Assembly: GCA_041489255.1 (NCBI GenBank)
Contig: JBGPQV010000001.1
Span: 128,001-192,000 of the forward strand
Direction of reading: 5' to 3'
DNA: 64,000 bases
Origin: Thermoplasmata archaeon
GTDB lineage: Archaea > Thermoplasmatota > Thermoplasmata > RBG-16-68-12 > JAFNFQ01
The notes beneath the pieces were generated by a model. The model was not told the origin of the DNA. It saw nothing but the letters and a program-made list of their open reading frames with translations, and ran no database searches. Numbering within the stretch: position 1 is the first letter of the stretch; each line of letters opens with the position of its first letter. Positions 26,625-34,767 of the stretch are shown here, piece after piece. The position numbers were made by a program, and so were the translations under genes.

Positions 26625-27557
26625 ATGGGCGGCACAAGTATCTTATGGCGGCGTTGCCAATGCTTCATCATGTGGGGTCATGGCGTTCGTGAGGGCCCGT
26701 CTTCTGCGTTTGTGTTGTCCGCGCTGATCGCCGCGGCATTGATCATCTGCGCATTTCCGGATTCTACGGCGGCGTCAGGGGACAAGCCGTCGTGGAGCGT
26801 TGGGGACTATTGGGAATACGATGGTTGGAACTACCCCTACGTCTTCAAGCAAAGGGTTGAGGTCAAGGGCGAGGAGACGTTAATCCAGAACGGGAGGAGC
26901 TATTCCGCCTTCAAGCTCTTCTTTAACAGTACCCTATCCCTCGGACCCGAAGTTGAGACGTATACATACTCCCATTGGTACCAATCATCCGACTTATCCC
27001 TCCTCAGGTTAGAATCCAACATGAGCGCCATAAACGCCACCGCCACAGTGACTTACGACCCGCCATTGCCCGTATTCCAATTTCCTATGGAGGTCGGCGA
27101 GACGTGGACATCGTCAAGCAACATCGTCATGAACAAGACTTGCACGAATTGCACCCTTATCGTACCAACGAACCTCAACAGGGAAATCACTTCAATCGTC
27201 GACCTCACCCTGACCTTGAATATGAGTGGACAAGGACAGACGCGCACATTCAGAACCTACGTGCTTAAGGAGTCATGGACGACGCCCGGCCACTATCTCT
27301 CTTATTACTCGGATGACGCCGGTTTCTGGGTCAAGCGCGAAGCATTCGCTGACAACGGCACAAGGATGATGGAGTATTCCTTGACATCATTCGGCTATGC
27401 GCTAGCGCCCGCCCCGCCAAATACGATAATCATGGTAATCATCATCGTCATCGTGGCCTGTGCGATTACCGTATTCATCATCCTGATTCGGCTGCGAAGA
27501 AGGTCAGCTGCGAGCCTGCCTCGGTCCGAGGACGAGACTGAGCCGCCACTCCCCTAG
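26625..27557 (+). CDS. Membrane-anchored extracellular beta-rich protein (start may be slightly downstream)
   Basis: Signal-like helix, KPSWSVGDYWEY and YDPPL..FQFPM.VGETW motifs, C-terminal TM followed by RLRRR. Confidence 0.75.
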   Translation: MGGTSILWRRCQCFIMWGHGVREGPSSAFVLSALIAAALIICAFPDSTAASGDKPSWSVGDYWEYDGWNYPYVFKQRVEVKGEETLIQNGRSYSAFKLFFNSTLSLGPEVETYTYSHWYQSSDLSLLRLESNMSAINATATVTYDPPLPVFQFPMEVGETWTSSSNIVMNKTCTNCTLIVPTNLNREITSIVDLTLTLNMSGQGQTRTFRTYVLKESWTTPGHYLSYYSDDAGFWVKREAFADNGTRMMEYSLTSFGYALAPAPPNTIIMVIIIVIVACAITVFIILIRLRRRSAASLPRSEDETEPPLP

Positions 27558-27745
27558 TAAAAATCCCGTAATCCCAAAGCAAGAATGAAAGAGGGAGGAT
27601 ACCGCCATAATCGCATGTTCGAACGTGAGTATCCTTCCTCTACACCATTTGCTCCATTCATCTTGAAGCATGACGGAATCGACCGCCGTGAGACAGTAAT
27701 GATTTTCACTAGGCCGCGCATTCGCCCCTCGGCGAGGGCACATAG

Positions 27746-28792
27746 ATGGACGCAAGAAGGAAGAGACAGCACCTGAAGCATCCGAGAATCGAAATCGAGG
27801 CGGGCAGGCGCACCGCTGGCGAGCTCCTGGAGGACATGGCGGAGACCGCCTTCCAGGGAAGGAAGATGGGCGAGGCCTTCGCCGTATGGAAACAGATGCT
27901 TTCCGAGAGGAACACGACCGTCTTCATGGGACTGGCGGGCGCGATGGTGCCTGCGGGCATGGGCCGCCTTGTATCGTTCCTAGTTGAGCGGAGAGGCATC
28001 GACGTCCTCGTGACGACGGGCGCCGCCCTCTCGCATGACCTGTACCAGGCACTCGGCCGCCAGCACTTCATGGGCACGCCGCAGGTCGACGATGATGAGT
28101 TGCAGAGGCTCAGGATCGACAGGGTCTACGACACGTACACCGACGAGGACGGCCTCTACGCGGCGGACAAATGGGTCATGCGCACCCTCCCGGAACTCCT
28201 CGACGACCACACACCATACACCTCAAGAGAGATTGTCGAGGTCATAGGGCGGGAGGTCAACAAGATGAAGCACGGGCGCGGCTCCCTGCTCGCGACGGCC
28301 TACAGGTCGAAGCTCCCAATCTTCGTGCCCGCGTTCGGGGACTCCAGCATCGGATTCGCGCTCATGTTCGCGAACCGAAAACGAAAGAGGAACATCGTCG
28401 TGGACATGATGAGAGACGTCGATCAGACCTGCCAGATCACTGAGCGTGCGGGAAAGACCGGGGTCGTCTTGATAGGCGGCGGTGTCCCGAAGAACTACAT
28501 TCAGCAGACCGCCGTCGTGGCGGGCTACGAGACGGACAAGGAAATGATGCACAAGTTCGGCGTGTCGATCACGACCGACTCGCCGCAGTGGGGCGGACTG
28601 AGCGGCTGCACGTTCGATGAGTCGAAGAGCTGGGGCAAGTACGACGTGAACGCTGTGTTCGCCACATGCTACGCCGACGCCACCATCGCGCTCCCGATGC
28701 TCGTCAACGGGCTGGCAGAGTGGAAAGGCCTGAAAAACAGGAAGCCGCCGAGATTCGATTGGAGCGGCAAGCGATTGAAACTCACGTACTGA
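27746..28792 (+). CDS. dys: Deoxyhypusine synthase family protein
   Basis: GAMVPAGM, VTTGA..SHD, PAFGDSSIG, GGGVPKNY, GGLSGCT..E..SWGK and DATIALP motifs. Confidence 0.92.
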   Translation: MDARRKRQHLKHPRIEIEAGRRTAGELLEDMAETAFQGRKMGEAFAVWKQMLSERNTTVFMGLAGAMVPAGMGRLVSFLVERRGIDVLVTTGAALSHDLYQALGRQHFMGTPQVDDDELQRLRIDRVYDTYTDEDGLYAADKWVMRTLPELLDDHTPYTSREIVEVIGREVNKMKHGRGSLLATAYRSKLPIFVPAFGDSSIGFALMFANRKRKRNIVVDMMRDVDQTCQITERAGKTGVVLIGGGVPKNYIQQTAVVAGYETDKEMMHKFGVSITTDSPQWGGLSGCTFDESKSWGKYDVNAVFATCYADATIALPMLVNGLAEWKGLKNRKPPRFDWSGKRLKLTY

Positions 28793-28880
28793 CCTCCTGT
28801 CGCGAGGACTGGGCCATCGCGAACCCACGAGCAAAAGTAGATAAATGAACCGTTGATACGAGTGAAATGCCGAGGTCTTG

Positions 28881-28988
28881 ATGAAGCGCAGCTCTAGAGC
28901 GTGGAAGAAAAGAGGAAAGCAGCGCTGGAAGTGGCGCAAGAAGAAGATGCGCCGCCGGAAGCGCGAGCAGAAGATGAGACAGCGCTAG
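28881..28988 (+). CDS. rpl41e: Ribosomal protein eL41 (eS32), 35 aa; missing from the ORF track
   Basis: Hand translation MKRSSRAWKKRGKQRWKWRKKKMRRRKREQKMRQR. GAGGT SD upstream. Confidence 0.9.
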   Translation: MKRSSRAWKKRGKQRWKWRKKKMRRRKREQKMRQR

Positions 28989-28999
28989 CGTTGCGCCGT

Positions 29000-29173
29000 G
29001 GGGACGTAGGCTAACCTGGTAGACTGGCGGGCTCCAGTTATGGACGTGAACGGCAACGGGTTTGCTGACTCCGTGATGACTGACTGGAGCTGTGACCCTG
29101 ATTCCGTGTCAGGTGGGGTCGCACCCCACCTGGTGGAAACCCGCTGACCTGGGTTCAAATCCCAGCGTCCCCA
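29000..29173 (+). tRNA. tRNA-Trp(CCA) with ~101-nt intron (about 29038-29138)
   Basis: Acceptor GGGGACG/CGTCCCC, anticodon stem GCGGG/CCCGC, CCA at 29034-29036, TTCAAAT T-loop. Confidence 0.93.
29040..29107 (+). ncRNA. Intron-encoded box C/D guide RNA predicted to direct Cm34 and Cm39 in its own pre-tRNA-Trp
   Basis: CGGGTTT-G-CTGA (29065-68) is antisense to AAACCCG, and N+5 hits C39. GTGATGA box at 29073. TGACTGGAGC-T-GTGA (29092-95) is antisense to GCTCCAGTTA, and N+5 hits C34. Confidence 0.8.
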
Positions 29174-29286
29174 CTCAAATTCTCCAATAGCGGGACTCGA
29201 ATCCATTCTTTCCCATTCCGACATCTTGCGTCGATACTTTAAAGACACCGACTCTGATGTGTGTAAAAATAGGGGATGACAGATTT

Positions 29287-32200
29287 ATGTCGAAGGATTC
29301 GCACATTCGGGCTCGCTTGATGACTGTCGTTGTCGCGTCTGCGATGGTGCTCAGCCTATTGCTCGTCTCGAGCGGTAAGACTGGAGCGCACACGGGAGAT
29401 TGGATTGATTCGGCCTGGACCACGTCCCCGCCGACGATCGATGGGTCCATGGCTGCGGGTGAATGGTCCGACGCCGCTTCAGCTGACCTGGGGGCCATCC
29501 CGGGGAACGCGTTCCTGGCATATCTCCTGGTCAAGAACGACGCGAACTTCCTCTACATAGCCTATGATGCCGTCGGGGATGCCACGGTGGACTCGATGGA
29601 TGAAGCGGCCGTGTCTTTCGACACGGGCCATGACGTCACCACAACCGTGGGAGGCGAGAGTGAGTTCTCCTGGGGTCCCGGAGCGAACAACGGGCAGGCA
29701 CATCTCGTGTTCGATGGTTCTGGATGGAGCACCGAGGACAGCCCCTTCGACACGGGTCTGCCTAATCACGCGGGACTCGCCAGCGCATTCGGTTACGGGC
29801 CGAGTGACCTCAACGCGCTCGACCATAGAATCTATGAGCTCCAAATTCCGCTTGCACTGCTGGATGCAGTCCCGACTGATGTGATCGGCTTTCTGGGCGC
29901 AAGTGAGCCGTCCCCCGGAGTATGGGACGCGGGCACCGGCTACGATTGCTGGCCTGCCGCCCTGACGGGCCCTCCTTCCTTGGTGGACTACGGCGATCTA
30001 AGGATAGGCCGGGCGCCCATGGCTGCCGACCTCGACATGAACCCACCGTCGCAGGTCGGACAAGCCCTTCCCTCATCGAGCGCCGACTACACAATCACCG
30101 TGGTGAACCGCGGGACTGCCAATGATATCTTCGAAATGCAGGTGATGTCCGTCTGGGTCACCGACCTGTTCGACTCAGGAGGCGTGAACCCCCTCGTCGA
30201 TAGCGACGGGGACTTGATCCCCGACACGGGGAGCCTCGGCCCTGGGGCGAACGTCCAGATCATCGCGCGGGTGAACACTCCGGCGTCAGGCACATGCGAC
30301 GATGCTCTGATCACCGGCACGTCTTCGAACGATCCGTTGACCTCGAACACCGCCGTCGTGAGCACGTGCCTCACGGGAGCTGGCCTGAATCCGCCTCATG
30401 CAGACTCCGGAATCGACACGGATCTGCCGGCGAATGGTCTCTACGACGAGCTGCAGATCGATGTCGGCGTCATGGTAGGCACAGACGGCTTCTATGACGT
30501 CGCAATCGACCTCTACGATCCTTCTGACGTCTTCTTCATCACATCCGGCAGCAATTACAACTACCTCTCCACCGGTCCCCAGATCGTGTCGGTCTTCCTG
30601 CAGGGGGCAACGATCTACGATAGCGGCTTCGACGGCCAGTATGTGGCGTACATCTATCTTTACGATGATTTCGGAAACACGCTGGACATCGGGATGTATG
30701 TCACGGCATCCTATATGCACACCGATTTCGACGGACCCGATGCGCTGCTGAACCCGCCGCATTCCGATTTCGGGATGGATACCGATTCCCCGCCGAACAG
30801 CCTATACGATGAACTATGGATCAATGTCGGCGTCATGGTGAGCGTCGATGGCTATTACGAGGTCGATGTCGCTCTCTACGATCCTTCTGACATCTTCTAC
30901 ATTACATCCGCCGTCAACTACAGCTACCTCCCCACCGGCCCTCAAAGCGTGTCGGTCATCCTTCAGGGACTGGATATCTACGACAGCGGCTACGACGGGC
31001 AGTACGTGGCGTACATCTACCTCTATGACGACTTCGGCAATCCCCTGGACAACGGGATATACGTCACCTCGTCCTACGCGCACACAGACTTCGACGGACC
31101 GGGTGGCTTGTTCAATCCGCCGCACAGCGATCACGGCATCGACACCGATGTCCCACCAAATGGGCTGTACGACGAGCTCGTGATAGATGTGGGCGTGACC
31201 GTCACTGAGGCCGGGACCTACGCGATAAGCGGCCCCCTCTTCGACCAGTTCATGAATTTCATCGCATTCAACAATACGGTCGTTGATCTGGCTATCGGAA
31301 ACCAAGTCGTCCCCCTCGCGTTCTCGGGGCTGCAGATCTTCCTATCTGGACTCGATGGCCCCTATACCACGTCATTAGCACTCTCCGACCTCAACGTCAC
31401 CCTGGACTCAAACACCTACACCACGGGCGTATACAGCTGCACCGATTTCGACACGCTGCCCGGCCGGTTCGAGCCGCCACACAACGACCGCGGCCTGGAT
31501 CTCACTGTGCCCGCCGACGGCCTTTACGAGTTCCTTGAACTGGCGATCATAGTGAATGTGTCGGAGGCTGCCTCCTTTGAAATCGATGTAGAACTGTACG
31601 ACTCGACCGGCATGAACTACATCCTCTCGACGAATGTGATCGAGGACCTTGACTTCGGGTTGCAGACTGTGCCGGTCAGGCTGGACGGGCTCACGATACG
31701 CAACTCTGGATTCGACGGACCCTACGAGGCGGACCTATACCTCATCAGCGATTCCATTACAATCGACGTTGACATTTACGTGACTCAGGCATATCTGCAT
31801 TCAGACTTCTCCCCAGAGGGTGCCGCATTCACCCCGCCATACTCCGACTGGACCGTTGACTATGATGTACCTCCAGACGGCAAGGCCGACCTCCTTCTCG
31901 TCGAAGTGAACATCGACGTCATGATTGACGGGCCCTATTCCGTCATGGCCATGCTGGTGGCGTCCGGTTCGATATTCATCGAATTCACTGAGGTGCGACA
32001 AACGTTGACCATCGGAGTATCACCAGTCACAATCCCGTTCGATGGCCACAAGATTGCCGATTCCGGAGCGGATGGTCCGTATATGGTCGAGATGCTGCTC
32101 TATGATGAGTATCATCGCCTTATCGATATGGATATTTACATAACAACGGCGTACGCGTCGGATCAATTCGAACTCCCTGACTTGACTGCACCCATCTCGA

Positions 32201-33540
32201 CCGTAGGGGCTATGTCTTACTGGAAGAACGGGATTCCTTTGCTGGTCCCATATGCAGCCGCCGATTCATCTCCGACGGATGGACTGGAATCGGTGACCTT
32301 GTACTACCAGTACAGCGCGGATAACTCCTCATGGAGCTCTTGGACAGAGTACTCCTCCGCTTTCACCGGCTCTAACCCGTCCGCAGGAATCATGCCGTTT
32401 ACATTCCCCGACGGAGCCGGCTACTATCGGTTCCAGATGATTTCTATCGACGCGGCAGGGAATCAGGAATCGCTCGGAGCACCTGAGGCCGAAGTCGCCT
32501 ATCTCCCCTTGGCTGAAGTGCGGTTCCAGCCCGATCCGCTCCCGCTCTCTGCTGGACAGCAGAGGACCCTCACCGTCTCGATACTGAGCACGAACGGTCA
32601 ACCTGCCATGCTTGAATCTTCCCAAACGGTGAACCTCGACACATGGTCCCAGTCAGGGGAGTACCGTGCAGTGAGCGGCTCGACTCCGATCACGAGTGTG
32701 ACCATCCAGGCGGGTTCTTCAAGCGCGAGCGTCGACTACTACGACGCTGCAGCCGGCACATGGACGCTCCTCGGGTACACGAGTGGCGGCATTGGCGGCA
32801 TGGGCGAAGCGATTGTGATCGCAGGCTCCGTCGCGTCCATTACGGTCGAACCGGGGGCGATTGCCATCGAGGTCACTCAAGCCCAAACCTTCACGGCAAT
32901 TGCCAAAGACGCCTACGGGAACAGCGTATCAAGCGCCATCATAACATGGGATGTTGGCAGCAGCCTTGGCACAGTCGACGCCACCGGCAGGTTCACTGCC
33001 GGCACCTTGGCGCGATCGGGGACAATCACAGCACGGTCCGATAGCATCCAAGGCTCCGCTGATATAATCTTGACACCAGGACCTGCGGCCGGCATCGAGG
33101 TCACCCCGGACAGCGCGACCATCCAGTCCGGAACGGAGGTGACCATCATCGCGGAGGTCGTGGATGCCTACGGGAATGTCATCAACGCCGCATCCGTCAC
33201 ATGGACAGTGTCTGGTCCCGGGACTGTCAGCCCGGGCTCTGGCGCCACCACCACGGTCACCGCCAACGGTGCGGGAGCGATTTCCGTCACTGCCACCCTT
33301 GGATCGCTCAGTGCGACTGCAACTTTCACCTCGGTCGACACTGGAGGCGGGCTCTCGAGCATGGCGATAGCCGGCATCGCGGGCAGTCTCATCGGCGGTA
33401 TCCTTATCGGCTTTGCAGTCGGCTGGATCCTCCATAAGAGACGAACCAAGCCGCAACAGCCCGCGCAGATGCAGGTTCCACCGCCTCCCCCAGTGAACTT
33501 CCCGCCCGCCCAACCTCCGCTACCGCCACAAGGAACCTAA
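29287..33540 (+). CDS. Large membrane-anchored surface protein: DOMON/CBM9-like N-domain, five ~120-aa acidic repeats, Ig-like domains, TM and Pro-rich tail
   Basis: PTIDG.....EW motif, 5x PP(H/Y).D...D.D.P..GLYD.L.I.V.V repeats (~30380-32170), A..(K/V)DAYGN Ig-like repeats, C-terminal TM followed by HKRR. Confidence 0.8.
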   Translation: MSKDSHIRARLMTVVVASAMVLSLLLVSSGKTGAHTGDWIDSAWTTSPPTIDGSMAAGEWSDAASADLGAIPGNAFLAYLLVKNDANFLYIAYDAVGDATVDSMDEAAVSFDTGHDVTTTVGGESEFSWGPGANNGQAHLVFDGSGWSTEDSPFDTGLPNHAGLASAFGYGPSDLNALDHRIYELQIPLALLDAVPTDVIGFLGASEPSPGVWDAGTGYDCWPAALTGPPSLVDYGDLRIGRAPMAADLDMNPPSQVGQALPSSSADYTITVVNRGTANDIFEMQVMSVWVTDLFDSGGVNPLVDSDGDLIPDTGSLGPGANVQIIARVNTPASGTCDDALITGTSSNDPLTSNTAVVSTCLTGAGLNPPHADSGIDTDLPANGLYDELQIDVGVMVGTDGFYDVAIDLYDPSDVFFITSGSNYNYLSTGPQIVSVFLQGATIYDSGFDGQYVAYIYLYDDFGNTLDIGMYVTASYMHTDFDGPDALLNPPHSDFGMDTDSPPNSLYDELWINVGVMVSVDGYYEVDVALYDPSDIFYITSAVNYSYLPTGPQSVSVILQGLDIYDSGYDGQYVAYIYLYDDFGNPLDNGIYVTSSYAHTDFDGPGGLFNPPHSDHGIDTDVPPNGLYDELVIDVGVTVTEAGTYAISGPLFDQFMNFIAFNNTVVDLAIGNQVVPLAFSGLQIFLSGLDGPYTTSLALSDLNVTLDSNTYTTGVYSCTDFDTLPGRFEPPHNDRGLDLTVPADGLYEFLELAIIVNVSEAASFEIDVELYDSTGMNYILSTNVIEDLDFGLQTVPVRLDGLTIRNSGFDGPYEADLYLISDSITIDVDIYVTQAYLHSDFSPEGAAFTPPYSDWTVDYDVPPDGKADLLLVEVNIDVMIDGPYSVMAMLVASGSIFIEFTEVRQTLTIGVSPVTIPFDGHKIADSGADGPYMVEMLLYDEYHRLIDMDIYITTAYASDQFELPDLTAPISTVGAMSYWKNGIPLLVPYAAADSSPTDGLESVTLYYQYSADNSSWSSWTEYSSAFTGSNPSAGIMPFTFPDGAGYYRFQMISIDAAGNQESLGAPEAEVAYLPLAEVRFQPDPLPLSAGQQRTLTVSILSTNGQPAMLESSQTVNLDTWSQSGEYRAVSGSTPITSVTIQAGSSSASVDYYDAAAGTWTLLGYTSGGIGGMGEAIVIAGSVASITVEPGAIAIEVTQAQTFTAIAKDAYGNSVSSAIITWDVGSSLGTVDATGRFTAGTLARSGTITARSDSIQGSADIILTPGPAAGIEVTPDSATIQSGTEVTIIAEVVDAYGNVINAASVTWTVSGPGTVSPGSGATTTVTANGAGAISVTATLGSLSATATFTSVDTGGGLSSMAIAGIAGSLIGGILIGFAVGWILHKRRTKPQQPAQMQVPPPPPVNFPPAQPPLPPQGT

Positions 33541-33749
33541 GCCGAAACCCCGACCTTGGTGGGCCTACTGCGCGAATTCTCGCTCCAGCCAGCGGGAGCT
33601 TTGCCGCGTGAGCATCCAGCCCCATCGAGACGATTGTCGGGGGACAGTGCATCCACCTCAGCGTTCTCGGATGAAGGCATGACACCACAAGTTAGATAAG
33701 CAACCGATTTCTACTTTCAATCCGGCGGATACAGGTCAGCCGAGACCAA

Positions 33750-34757
33750 ATGGCCGGACTTAGCCGATTCATCGTAAAGCGGAGCATCCAGGGAATCATT
33801 ACTGTACTCGTTGTCACGACCCTCGTTTTCATTCTATTCGAAGCGATGCCAGGGGACCCAATCGCTCGCTTCCGATTCGACCCGACATGTGCGAGGAACC
33901 CCGAGTGCCTTCCGCGGCTGATCGAGCAGTTCGGGCTGGACGCCCCCATCCAAGTCCGATACCTGAACTTCATGAGGAACATGTTCACACTGCAGTTCGG
34001 ACTGTCTTACCAGTACAACCGGCCTGTCAGCGACATTTTGTCCGACGCGTTGCCGAGGACTCTCGGTCTATTCGGCACAGCCACCATCATCACCTATCTC
34101 CTGGGAGTGGTCATCGGCTCGCGCATCGGCTGGAAGCGCGGGGGTGCGGAGGAGGGCGGCTGGATCTTATTCAGCCTATTCTTCTACAACATGCCGTCTT
34201 TCTGGATAGGGTTGATTTTCATCTGGATATTTGCGTTCAAGTTTGGCTTTTTCCCGTTAGGTGGCTTCCAATCCGCCAATATGGATGAGCTCGTCAACAG
34301 GTTCACCTTCCTCAAAGGCTCGTTCCTCATAGGCCCCTTCGATTATGTCTGGCATCTGATTCTTCCTCTCACCGTTCTCGTACTCATAAACCTCGCCGGA
34401 GTCATCCTGCTGATGAGGACTTCCCTGCTGGAAGTGCTCAAAGAGGATTACATCCTGACCGCAAGGGCCAAAGGCCTCCCTGAGCGAATCGTGCGGCGCC
34501 GCCATGCAAATAGGAATGCCTACCTCCCGATCGTGACATCGTTCGCGATAGCCCTGGCATACTCCGTGGGCGGCGCCATCATACTTGAGCAGATTTTCAC
34601 ATATCAGGGGTTGGGGTACTTCTTCCTCCAAGCGATACTCACGCAGGACCATTTCCTTGCGGGCGCGACATTGTTCATCCTCTCTCTACTCGTTATTGTC
34701 GGCAACATATTCGCAGACCTCCTATATGCGTGGCTTGATCCACGGGTGAGGCTCTAG
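33750..34757 (+). CDS. Peptide ABC transporter permease (DppB/OppB type)
   Basis: PGDP, FGLD.P...Y, MPSFW.G and EDYILTARAKGL (EAA loop) motifs. Confidence 0.93.
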   Translation: MAGLSRFIVKRSIQGIITVLVVTTLVFILFEAMPGDPIARFRFDPTCARNPECLPRLIEQFGLDAPIQVRYLNFMRNMFTLQFGLSYQYNRPVSDILSDALPRTLGLFGTATIITYLLGVVIGSRIGWKRGGAEEGGWILFSLFFYNMPSFWIGLIFIWIFAFKFGFFPLGGFQSANMDELVNRFTFLKGSFLIGPFDYVWHLILPLTVLVLINLAGVILLMRTSLLEVLKEDYILTARAKGLPERIVRRRHANRNAYLPIVTSFAIALAYSVGGAIILEQIFTYQGLGYFFLQAILTQDHFLAGATLFILSLLVIVGNIFADLLYAWLDPRVRL

Positions 34758-34767
34758 GAGAAATCGC

